From: a virus
Lineage: Duplodnaviria > Caudoviricetes
DNA: 64,000 nucleotides
Reading direction: 5' to 3' (one strand)
Virus record (IMG/VR): IMGVR_UViG_3300037963_006186
Span: 1,382 to 65,381 of that record
Shown here in pieces: positions 36,502 to 45,380 of this stretch. Every line of letters begins with the position of its first letter. The first letter of the stretch is position 1. The notes below the pieces were generated by a model. That model was not told the DNA's origin and searched no databases. It worked only from the letters and a program-made list of their open reading frames with translations. A program made the position numbers and the translations under genes.

Positions 36502-37619
36502 TATGCTTTCCTGTATTGAACAACAAGGTTGGAGTTTGTAATCGTGCAACCTATGCCACTTTGAAATGTGATTCTTTTACTTCCGCCGGGGTCTTGGTAA
36601 TGGTCAGCAGCTACAGAGACCTTAAAATTTCGAAACTCAGGAATCGGAGATAATCCATCTTCTCCAGCTATAGCGATGTTGCCTGAAAATTTCGCAGCAT
36701 GATCTCCATCGAATGGTTCCGGCGGCGATTCACCCTCGGTAAGCAACCCTGCACCTAATCCGATTCTACTAGACTTAGTCGACTTTACTGTAGCGGCCCG
36801 AACAGAGGAGGAAATCGTATTTTTACCAGCAACTATCGGTATGGCCCCGCACAAATGTATTCCATGTCTTTCATTGCCATTGAATAACCATCCGCTTGTA
36901 CAAATATCAATACCGTTGACTTCTACTTTAAATGCGACACCATGAACATCTATAGGCTCAGGATGCCATCGACCTTGAGGAAAATTCCCATAGTTCATCA
37001 GCAGTCCTCCAGTGTAGTAGTTCACTATTTTGAAGTGTGGACGTGGATGTTCTCTGAGTAAAAGCACTCTACCCGGCGGAAAGGCTGGGCCTCCAGAAAC
37101 GGCACTCCATCCACCGAACGGCTTTTCAAGATTAAAAACTTGCGGCCTTTGGTAGTAACCATCGTAAGGATCCTGAAAAGGGTAGTAGTATTTTTCCTCC
37201 ATAGACATCATGCGACTTATGTCTGTGTAATCTCGAGCGCCGTTGCCTTCCCAAACAAATGCAACACTAAAGTCGACTATTGCCCAGCCATCCGCTTCGG
37301 CTCTGAATTCAACAGAGGGCATTTTGTTTCCGTCGTCGTCCTCCTTGATGTAACCAGTCGTTGAGTGGCTAACAGAAAGACCAGAAACGGAACCTTCTAA
37401 AGTTCCAACGTCATCAAAATTAGATTGAAAAACTTCATTGAAACACTGATCAGATAGAAACCTTTTATCAACTTTTCCGTCAGCAGAACTGGCCTTAATA
37501 TTATCCGAGTCGATGTTTCCGTTTATTTCATCAACAAATTCTTTGAGGTTCTCGTTCAAATCATCAGGATGAACGATTTCTAAGCCGTCAGGTCGTCTTC
37601 TTGGAAATTTTATTGCCAC
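36501..37619 (-). CDS. tail appendage protein 1
   Basis: N-terminal EIVHPDDLNENLKEFVDEINGNIDSDNI. Confidence 0.65.
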   Translation of the reverse strand: MAIKFPRRRPDGLEIVHPDDLNENLKEFVDEINGNIDSDNIKASSADGKVDKRFLSDQCFNEVFQSNFDDVGTLEGSVSGLSVSHSTTGYIKEDDDGNKMPSVEFRAEADGWAIVDFSVAFVWEGNGARDYTDISRMMSMEEKYYYPFQDPYDGYYQRPQVFNLEKPFGGWSAVSGGPAFPPGRVLLLREHPRPHFKIVNYYTGGLLMNYGNFPQGRWHPEPIDVHGVAFKVEVNGIDICTSGWLFNGNERHGIHLCGAIPIVAGKNTISSSVRAATVKSTKSSRIGLGAGLLTEGESPPEPFDGDHAAKFSGNIAIAGEDGLSPIPEFRNFKVSVAADHYQDPGGSKRITFQSGIGCTITNSNLVVQYRKA

Positions 37620-37621
37620 AA

Positions 37622-39979
37622 TTAAACCCTGTTGCTCTTTAAAGCGTCTGTAAGGCTTCTAATTTTTCGTTGTTCTCCAACCTTCAGGTCCACGCTGTAA
37701 CCAACAATAGCCAATCGATTTGAAAACAAATTAGAATCATCTTGAGTAAATTGTATTGAAAACTCATTTGTCAAAGCCTTATGCATGTGGCTAACATCGA
37801 AGCGTATTACCACAGGCCTATAAAATCCAAATTTGTCGCCATTGTCGAATTTAGCAAAATTGGAAAATGTTTGGCCATCAACCGATGGACTTAAGGTTAC
37901 ATCACCAGTAAAGCCAGAGCCCTTAAAGGGGTAAATTTCGTCTATCCCACCATAATATGTGCTTAGGTGCTCAGATTGATCATGGTGCTGTTGGATCATT
38001 CCCTTATTTTTATCTAAGGAGACAAGTTCAGATCTATTTACCTTGAAGTTAAGTTTTATCTCGTTGTCCCCATAAGCAACAGCATATACATTTATATAAC
38101 CAACCTGAACCGCTGAATATACTTCATTGAATGAAAATGGAGCAGTTTCATATAGTGGAAAATCTAAAACAGAACTATACTTTGGAATAATTTCAGTTCT
38201 ACCTGAGTACCCAGACTCAGAACCTTTTTCATTTTTTATCCTAAAGTAATCGCTTAAAACATGAATCCCATATTTGGTTTCATCGTGAGAACCAAAAAAT
38301 ACAAATGGAGTTCTACCGCGAACCTCAGTGGCACAAGATATTGGATAATTTTCTCTTATACTCCAAGATCCGATTTCATAGTGCCAAACCAACAATAAGT
38401 TATTTAACTTACCTAAAGTTGGAACACATAGTAAATATTCTTTATTTTGTTTATTCAGTGCGCCTACAGAAAATTCAGAAGATGTAGTGCAAACACTACT
38501 TAAAAGTTCTTTGATTGGAGTGCTCAAATCAACGATTTGAGTTGGTGCATTGGTATCTTCAAGCATACCCTTGATGACGAAGACGCCAGAAGCACTCAAA
38601 AACATTAACCCCGTGCCAGGGACATCTTTAACAGAGTTTGGTGCAATACAGCCGACATCTCGAGTTAAAGTCTGTAAAACAAATCCTGTTTGAGGAGATC
38701 CTTTAACAAAATAAACGCCGTTCTCTTTGAAAACAATCAAGGCATTTGTTGATGCATACAAGCCTGTAATTTGTCCAGCCTCCGCATCCCCAATGTCAAA
38801 AAGATTGTCTTTAGGAAATATTTCCGGCATCCCTGGAGCGCTAAATCGAAGAATATTGTCACTCATTCCAGCAACAAATACAGTATTTTTAAAGCTGGCT
38901 ATATATTTGGCGCCAGTAGGAAACTCTCCAAAATCTTCAGGATCTCTAATGGAGCCTAAGTTGTCATCACTGAGCCCGTCTTCAATAACTGTCGTTTCGT
39001 TGTCTTGTATTTCTTTAACAAAATGAAAGTTTGTCGCATTGCCAACACTTAAGGCGTTGCCGTAGTCATCCAACAGATCCATCGTTCGATAAAGCCTACG
39101 TGCAACTACGTTTTCATCTCCAATCGGAAGAGTCACACTTACAAATCGTCGCATGCCCGCAGCACATTCGAACCTGCAAACTTGGCTTGGCTCTGACATG
39201 GGGCTTTCTTGTCCACGACTATTCACAAAAGTAACTTTGTATTGATATCCACAAGGCTTTGCATCCAAATACAAACGCCTATTGATGTTGTCTTTGTTTT
39301 GTTTTTTAGCCGTTTCATTTAGAATTGCGCCTTTGGGACTCAAGCTTCCCAGGCCTTGACCCTTTATTTTTGTTCCTAAGAAATATGGTTTTTCAGGTTC
39401 TTCATTATAAAGAGCAATGTCGTAATGTGCTCTAAATACGACTGTGGGTGATGGAGCACTTGGCGCCCCACCAAAGCCCGCTCTGTACACTCTTTTTCCA
39501 TCAAAAACTATCGGGTCATCATGACCATTGACCATATACAGTCGACTGCCAAACGCAACGCTTTGAGTTCCTACTGATGCAGATTTTGGAACAAATCTTT
39601 TAATACCAAGTACTGTGTTGCCATTGTAAATCCTTCCATCGATGTATTTGAGAAACCTAAAGGGATCAACTGTGTCAATCCTGTCCCATGTGTGTGGAGT
39701 AATTACATTAAGCTGCCCCAACTGATTTTCAAAAACGATAAATCGTTGAGCACCGTTATGTCTAGTGAAGTAATGTATCGAAGTTACATTGCCATTAGGA
39801 AGGTCCCCTGGAGACCAATCATACGTAGATCCAGTGATCAGGTCATAGGAGCCAGCGACTTTCCACCCATCACTGCCGCTCCATGTCATTTCTTTTATGA
39901 GTGCGGCTGAATCTGCGGTGGTTCTCCATCGCTGGTCCATACCTCGAAGGCGGGCCACCTCAAAGCGTTGTGTTTTCAT
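37622..39979 (-). CDS. tail nozzle / DNA stabilization protein
   Basis: 785 aa after the adaptor; YQYKVTFVN..GQES.MS, ASFKNTVFVAG, ITGL and VGCIAPNSV propeller-type motifs. Confidence 0.75.
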   Translation of the reverse strand: MKTQRFEVARLRGMDQRWRTTADSAALIKEMTWSGSDGWKVAGSYDLITGSTYDWSPGDLPNGNVTSIHYFTRHNGAQRFIVFENQLGQLNVITPHTWDRIDTVDPFRFLKYIDGRIYNGNTVLGIKRFVPKSASVGTQSVAFGSRLYMVNGHDDPIVFDGKRVYRAGFGGAPSAPSPTVVFRAHYDIALYNEEPEKPYFLGTKIKGQGLGSLSPKGAILNETAKKQNKDNINRRLYLDAKPCGYQYKVTFVNSRGQESPMSEPSQVCRFECAAGMRRFVSVTLPIGDENVVARRLYRTMDLLDDYGNALSVGNATNFHFVKEIQDNETTVIEDGLSDDNLGSIRDPEDFGEFPTGAKYIASFKNTVFVAGMSDNILRFSAPGMPEIFPKDNLFDIGDAEAGQITGLYASTNALIVFKENGVYFVKGSPQTGFVLQTLTRDVGCIAPNSVKDVPGTGLMFLSASGVFVIKGMLEDTNAPTQIVDLSTPIKELLSSVCTTSSEFSVGALNKQNKEYLLCVPTLGKLNNLLLVWHYEIGSWSIRENYPISCATEVRGRTPFVFFGSHDETKYGIHVLSDYFRIKNEKGSESGYSGRTEIIPKYSSVLDFPLYETAPFSFNEVYSAVQVGYINVYAVAYGDNEIKLNFKVNRSELVSLDKNKGMIQQHHDQSEHLSTYYGGIDEIYPFKGSGFTGDVTLSPSVDGQTFSNFAKFDNGDKFGFYRPVVIRFDVSHMHKALTNEFSIQFTQDDSNLFSNRLAIVGYSVDLKVGEQRKIRSLTDALKSNRV

Positions 39980-41487
39980 GATTTACTCGGTATGCCAAAA
40001 CGTTCACGATCTGCCATGGCTCGGTCAAAACCTCGCCTAATGTACATCCTGTCTGTACGAGACAGGTACTTACTTTTCATTCTTTCAAGCAAATCCTTAG
40101 CGCGAGCCTCATAAATCTGACTGTAGGCTGCCATGCCATTTTGTAGGGCTATGTCTTTCAATGCAGCATAGACTAAGTAGTGATGATATTGCACGGGCCA
40201 CTGAGGGGCATCAGCCTCAGTAACAAGCCTGAAAGGTCTACGATGATACCTCACCTCAACGGCATAGTCACTTGATGGGGTATACCAAAACCGCAAATGC
40301 TGACGAGGTCCTGTTTCGAACAGCCGATCATGCTTGTATACATCCCCATCTGGATCTACAAATTCTCTCAAAACGCTCGAAGTAGACGTTGCCGATGGAT
40401 GCCCAGCAACCGTTCTCGCGGTAGTAGACAACTCCTCTCTTCTATCGAAAAACTGTTCCTCATAATCTTCAAGCGTGGCTATGTGTCTCCAGTCTCCTTC
40501 TTCTTTGCTTCTGAATGAGGCTGACATGTCTTTGGGATTAGTTTTTGGAGTAATGATTCGTCGATAAAGCTTTTTGATACGACCAGTCATTCTCGTAATA
40601 GTTTCCTCGTCCCCAGGAAGTCTACTTCCTGCAGTATTGATAAGGTCGCTTACCTTGATGATGGCCTTACTGACGCCCACAGTGGTGACTGAAACTGGAG
40701 ACGGTGCGCTTTCTTGTCCACCATACAAATACGTATAGCAATACTCAACCGTTTGGTTTTGTGCAAATAAAGCTCTATTTGATGTAGGGTCATCTTCTTC
40801 GCTTTGAACGGTGAGCAAAGGCGCATAGCTTGGGGCTCGAATAGAGAAATGCATTTCCTCTATACTTACAAAAGGCTCGCCTGTATCTGAATCATCAAGG
40901 TAAAGGTTTTCTTCTTTACGGGCATCTAAGAACATAAACCGACCACGATTTGGTGCGGTTGTTACTGAAGTTGTAGATCGATCTACAGGGGTTTCTCCAT
41001 CAAGCTCTGTGTGCGGTACAGTTTCGGAGTGTACCAGCCCTCGATCCATGATTCCCAAAACCTCTACGCAGTCTTTCGGCATCGGATAGCTGATGTATTT
41101 AATTTCCCAGGAAGTATAGTTTCCCGTGCCCAGCGCGTTGTCTAAAACGATTGTTCGAGCATCAATTCGTCGAGTGATCAAGTAGTTCACGTTACTGATA
41201 ACAAGGGTCTGACCCTCTACATCAAACGGCAGGTTTTTGATTCCTGATCCAGATGGAAGTGTAGCTACCCTTGATCCATCCCCGGACAAAATATCTGTTG
41301 CGCTTCCTTTGATTGGAGCACGCAACATCAGCTTTCCTCTTTCCTGCATAAACAGCCACTGATATTGACTCGAAACCTGAAGGTAGTGCCTATTGACAAT
41401 ACGAGTCACGCTATCGCTGTATTGTTTCAAATCTGGGTTGTAGTCCAACGCAGAGTTGATTTCTTCGCGGATTTCTTTAAGATTCAC
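39976..41487 (-). CDS. head-tail adaptor protein with inserted Ig-like domain
   Basis: MNLKEIREEI..., WLF, and DAPQWPVQYHHYLVYAAL; GGAG SD before GTG 41487. Confidence 0.7.
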   Translation of the reverse strand: MNLKEIREEINSALDYNPDLKQYSDSVTRIVNRHYLQVSSQYQWLFMQERGKLMLRAPIKGSATDILSGDGSRVATLPSGSGIKNLPFDVEGQTLVISNVNYLITRRIDARTIVLDNALGTGNYTSWEIKYISYPMPKDCVEVLGIMDRGLVHSETVPHTELDGETPVDRSTTSVTTAPNRGRFMFLDARKEENLYLDDSDTGEPFVSIEEMHFSIRAPSYAPLLTVQSEEDDPTSNRALFAQNQTVEYCYTYLYGGQESAPSPVSVTTVGVSKAIIKVSDLINTAGSRLPGDEETITRMTGRIKKLYRRIITPKTNPKDMSASFRSKEEGDWRHIATLEDYEEQFFDRREELSTTARTVAGHPSATSTSSVLREFVDPDGDVYKHDRLFETGPRQHLRFWYTPSSDYAVEVRYHRRPFRLVTEADAPQWPVQYHHYLVYAALKDIALQNGMAAYSQIYEARAKDLLERMKSKYLSRTDRMYIRRGFDRAMADRERFGIPSKS

Positions 41488-41497
41488 GTTGGGCTCC

Positions 41498-41540
41498 AAA
41501 AAAGAAAACGGCTGCTGAGACAGTATACCCCAGCAGCCGT
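41498..41540 (-). terminator. intrinsic terminator after the capsid operon
   Basis: ACGGCTGCTG/CAGCAGCCGT stem followed by TTTCTTTTTT on the - strand. Confidence 0.85.
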
Positions 41541-41571
41541 AAATGGACCGAGGTCCGGTAGCGAATATGGC

Positions 41572-42015
41572 TTAGAAGTAGCCTTGGTCTGCAATAATCA
41601 CACGATTTGTAGCAGCATCTACGCTGGCGCTAGATCCGTCGCTTGTGATGTAAATTCCACATGGCGAACTGGCATCACCACCAGCAGCAGCAGATGCTTT
41701 TCCTGCGGTTGTATCACACGCAAGAGCCGCACCAGCAGCAACACTGCCGGTCATGTTAGCAAAATCACAGAGTCCAGCAGTCTGAACAACAAGGTTGCCA
41801 GCAGCCGTCTTTGTTTCGGTAGCGATACCAAACGCTGTAGCGTCAAGACTACTTCCTGCGTATTGCTTTACAGATGCACCGCGACCATTTGTGGTGTCTG
41901 CAAGGTCAATTACAACCCAATCACCCTTGGTAACTGCACCAGTGCAGTACAAAGTTACAAACTTCTTCGGAAAATTGTTGTCGCCATCGACACCATCGAT
42001 TTTATGAATTGCCAT
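41572..42015 (-). CDS. capsid decoration/cement protein
   Basis: Directly after the MCP; GAVTKGDWVVI, FGIATE, VVQTAG and VAAGAAL pattern. Confidence 0.75.
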   Translation of the reverse strand: MAIHKIDGVDGDNNFPKKFVTLYCTGAVTKGDWVVIDLADTTNGRGASVKQYAGSSLDATAFGIATETKTAAGNLVVQTAGLCDFANMTGSVAAGAALACDTTAGKASAAAGGDASSPCGIYITSDGSSASVDAATNRVIIADQGYF

Positions 42016-42045
42016 GTTGTCCTCCCTCTTTTGACTAAATGGCTA

Positions 42046-42079
42046 TAAAATAGGGTGGGGATCACCGCGACCCCCACCC
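42046..42079 (-). terminator. hairpin (weak terminator or stabiliser) after the MCP
   Basis: GGGTGGGG/CCCCACCC stem with a short T tract on the - strand. Confidence 0.55.
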
Positions 42080-42091
42080 AATCAGGATGAC

Positions 42092-43144
42092 TTAGAAAGT
42101 TTCCAAGTCGAATGCTACACCGCTTGAACCAAGGTGCTTGGCGATCAACTGACCACGGCACCGAAGCTTAGCAGCACGAACATCGTACTCACCCGACACA
42201 GTCTCGAAGTCCGAGAGGTCGAAGTAGCCCTTTGGATCCCAAAGAGTGTAGATGTCGTTCATGTTCAAGAAGTAGAAGCTAATGGGGTCTCCACTTGTTG
42301 TTCCACCACTGTTTGGCATGTTGAACTCAACGTTGATTGGCACACCGTCGAACATTTCAACCATGCGTCCACCATCAATTTGAGATTGGTCCACATAGCG
42401 CTCGTGAGCCTGAAGAGCACGCTTCAAGTTCTTGAATCCAGCGCGAGACGCAAGAATCACGTTAGGCGGGCCAGAAGGTGAAACAGCGTTGATTTCAACC
42501 TTAAGGTCGTAAAGACCAGCAAGGCCGTTGGAGTTGAAAGATGCTGAACCATCGAAGGCTTGGTTTTGCCAACCAGTCTTTGTCAGGTAGTCACCCTTAT
42601 CAACACCACCAACTGCGTTGACCTGTGTTCCTGCTGCGCCGATTTCAAGGAATCCTTGGTGGTCCCCTGTAGTGACATCAGCACCATTCAAGGTATTCCA
42701 GTCTTCCCAGCCAGTTTGGCCACCAGCAACGATTTGCTTGACGAACTCACGCTTCATGGCGTTAGCGGTCATCATGACGCGGCTTTCAAGGATTGAAAGA
42801 ACAGCAGCATCACCCTGGTTGACCATTTCTTCTTCAGAGGAAATAGCGACGGGGCGAACAACGTGACCAAAATCGTATTGTGCAGGCACGAACACGTCTT
42901 CGACACTCAGGTCGATGCGCTCAAAACCGGTTTGCATACGAGTTGTGGAAGAGTGCTCTCCAAAGCCAAGAGGAACTACAATACGGGATCCACCAGACTG
43001 AACTGGTTTACCGGCACCGTGAATGCGCTCTTGAGCATCGAGGAAGGCCACTGATTCGTGAACGTTGTCACGAAAGTCCTTCATCAGGATATGCATGGTG
43101 GTGGAAAGCAATTCGTTTCCAATAGTAAGTTGTGTAGTTGCCAT
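42092..43144 (-). CDS. major capsid protein (HK97 fold)
   Basis: 350 aa between scaffold and cement; SGGSRIVVPL, AISSEEEMVNQG, MFDGVPI and FYFLN motifs; strong SD. Confidence 0.88.
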   Translation of the reverse strand: MATTQLTIGNELLSTTMHILMKDFRDNVHESVAFLDAQERIHGAGKPVQSGGSRIVVPLGFGEHSSTTRMQTGFERIDLSVEDVFVPAQYDFGHVVRPVAISSEEEMVNQGDAAVLSILESRVMMTANAMKREFVKQIVAGGQTGWEDWNTLNGADVTTGDHQGFLEIGAAGTQVNAVGGVDKGDYLTKTGWQNQAFDGSASFNSNGLAGLYDLKVEINAVSPSGPPNVILASRAGFKNLKRALQAHERYVDQSQIDGGRMVEMFDGVPINVEFNMPNSGGTTSGDPISFYFLNMNDIYTLWDPKGYFDLSDFETVSGEYDVRAAKLRCRGQLIAKHLGSSGVAFDLETF

Positions 43145-43156
43145 TTTTGGCTCCTA

Positions 43157-44137
43157 TTAGCGGTTGTTAGAGAAGGCTTTTGCAGCTTCGGGGTTTGACT
43201 GTAGCCAAGCAGCAATCGAAGCTGCACCTTGCTTCTTGACATCAGGGGGAATCTCAGCAGAGTCGGGTGACCCGCTTACAGAACTACGTTGAACACGACG
43301 AGCGGCGTCTGCGCGAGCGCGACGTTCCGTTTCAGCGCGTTTTCTTTGCTCATTGACAACTTTCCTTGCCCGAACAATTTCGTATGCATCTTGGGTCGAA
43401 ATAGGAGCGCCAACGCTTTTGCGGTCTCCAACCATTTTTGCCACTTCCCGCTTGAAAGACGGGTCCTTCATTTCTGGATGTGATTCCAAAAAGTCCAAAT
43501 AAGCGCTTTCTTGTCTACGCTGAGATGAGACCTCTTGCATGGGTTGGAAAACATTGCGAACAGCTTCAGCAACACCGCGATTGATTCGAGCCTGAATGCC
43601 TTCTTCAGACATTATTTCTGGCAATTCAGACTCTTCTAATTTCAAAGACTCTTGAATTCTGGGATCATCAATGATTGATGCAAACTCAGCCTGACGACGA
43701 GCAAAGTCTCGCTCCAGGCTATTGATTTGTTGTTCTCTCTGTGAGTACTTCTCAACTCGCCTTGCATGTGACGCATCCAATTCGGCTTGCTTTTGCTTAT
43801 AAGCAAGCCGAAAGTTGTGAAGCATTCGACGAGCAACTGTTGGAAGCTCCTTTATGTCTTGCTCGTTGATATTGGAGTAAAAATCATCCGTTTTTAATTC
43901 TTCATCATCAATAGAAGAAAAAAGAGGGTCGAAAGATTTTTCGTCTACTAATCGGCTAGCCTCAACTTCTGGCTCATCTGAGCTTGAAAATTGGACTGAA
44001 TCATCTTCAACGGGTTCCGAATCAACGGATACGGACTGGTCCGATTCAAGGCTACTTTCTTGATCGTCCAATAGTCCAGTAGTGCCTGCTGAAACATCAG
44101 GCTCTACATCACTTGTAATCTGTTCTTGCACAAACAT
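43157..44137 (-). CDS. capsid scaffolding protein
   Basis: Acidic N-terminus, coiled coil, FLESHPEM, located immediately upstream of the MCP. Confidence 0.75.
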   Translation of the reverse strand: MFVQEQITSDVEPDVSAGTTGLLDDQESSLESDQSVSVDSEPVEDDSVQFSSSDEPEVEASRLVDEKSFDPLFSSIDDEELKTDDFYSNINEQDIKELPTVARRMLHNFRLAYKQKQAELDASHARRVEKYSQREQQINSLERDFARRQAEFASIIDDPRIQESLKLEESELPEIMSEEGIQARINRGVAEAVRNVFQPMQEVSSQRRQESAYLDFLESHPEMKDPSFKREVAKMVGDRKSVGAPISTQDAYEIVRARKVVNEQRKRAETERRARADAARRVQRSSVSGSPDSAEIPPDVKKQGAASIAAWLQSNPEAAKAFSNNR

Positions 44138-44154
44138 CTCCTTTGATTTTTAAA

Positions 44155-44184
44155 ATCTACCACTCTCTAAGTTATTTGTTCAAT
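44155..44184 (-). promoter_or_regulatory. putative promoter for scaffold/MCP
   Basis: TTGAAC-18nt-TAGATT with extended TG in an AT-rich gap. Confidence 0.45.
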
Positions 44185-44197
44185 AAAATACAAATAT

Positions 44198-44779
44198 TTA
44201 CTTCATTTCTGAAGCTAACATTGCATCTTCATCAGTCATATCACTTGGCGGAGGCGCCATTCCTGCATCTTGAGGACCCTCGTCTCCAGGCATTTGTTGC
44301 TCACCTTGGAGATTAGATACAGCTTCAATAAACTTTTTGTCTTTTGCCATCATTTTAATTTGAGCAGCCGCCTTTCGAAGGTCAGTATCGGTCACCAAAG
44401 TAAAAGGATCAAAGCCAAATTTACCCGAAAACTCGCCACCACCAACCATGGTAATCAACTGAGATATGGCAACCAGCGTAAGAAAGATATCAGCCGGTAA
44501 TGGGGAGTTGAGCTTACCGCCATCTACACCAGAATCATCAAATGAAATTTCTGGAATCTCTACATCAGAAATTTTAGATAAAGAATCGTTGATGATATCG
44601 ACCAAAGACTGAATTGCCTTGGCGCTAAATGGCTTTGTTGGCTCAGGAGCAGACCGTGCAAGCTCATCAAGCTGGGCATCGATGTCCTCTTCGGGCGGTG
44701 CTGCCATTTGCTGCTCTTGAGCAGGTGGCGGTGCCATGTCCTGTGCCTCGTTGGGCTGTCCGTATTCTTTGCCGTACAT
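44198..44779 (-). CDS. hypothetical acidic protein
   Basis: AGGAG SD before ATG 44779. Confidence 0.7.
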   Translation of the reverse strand: MYGKEYGQPNEAQDMAPPPAQEQQMAAPPEEDIDAQLDELARSAPEPTKPFSAKAIQSLVDIINDSLSKISDVEIPEISFDDSGVDGGKLNSPLPADIFLTLVAISQLITMVGGGEFSGKFGFDPFTLVTDTDLRKAAAQIKMMAKDKKFIEAVSNLQGEQQMPGDEGPQDAGMAPPPSDMTDEDAMLASEMK

Positions 44780-44780
44780 G

Positions 44781-45380
44781 TTATCTCCTGTCTTCCCTGT
44801 CGAGGGCTTCACGATGCTGCCTAAAGGCTGGGTGATTATCTAACCGATCACAGTAATCTTCATACTCTTTTATTTCTTTTTCCATTCTGTCATCCCACTT
44901 ACTGTATTCTTTTTCAATATTCCAGTCACCATCAACAGGCGTTAAACCGCGCTGTTTACAGATATCTCTTCGGTGTTGTTTACTTCTCAACATTACACCA
45001 AGACCACGATCGTAGTATGGAAACTGTTCGCTAAATCTATCTATTCGGGCCATAGGAACCCATTTAGAATTCATAGAAGAGCATTTAGGACACTTTTGTT
45101 TATCTTCAAAATGTTGCCCTTTACTAAAATCAATAATTTCATCGAACTTGTGATTACAGTCTTTGCACATATATAAGTGCATTACAAGTCCGTTTGTTTT
45201 TGTAGATTTTTTTTCTGTTTGATTGTACGGATCGTTTGATTGGGCAACCGAAACACGAAAGACTCGTTTCGAGGTTTTGCCACACTTCGAGCACTCTAAG
45301 GTGTCGGGCCTGTTTGAGAAGCGACACGAGTGATCTTGTTCATGATTACAGGACTCACATTGATAACTATACGTTGGCAC
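44781..45380 (-). CDS. tandem FmdB-type zinc-ribbon protein
   Basis: MPTYSYQCESC...CSKCG and YMCKDC...CPKC; YYDRGLGVMLRSKQHRRDICK tail. Confidence 0.8.
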   Translation of the reverse strand: MPTYSYQCESCNHEQDHSCRFSNRPDTLECSKCGKTSKRVFRVSVAQSNDPYNQTEKKSTKTNGLVMHLYMCKDCNHKFDEIIDFSKGQHFEDKQKCPKCSSMNSKWVPMARIDRFSEQFPYYDRGLGVMLRSKQHRRDICKQRGLTPVDGDWNIEKEYSKWDDRMEKEIKEYEDYCDRLDNHPAFRQHREALDREDRR

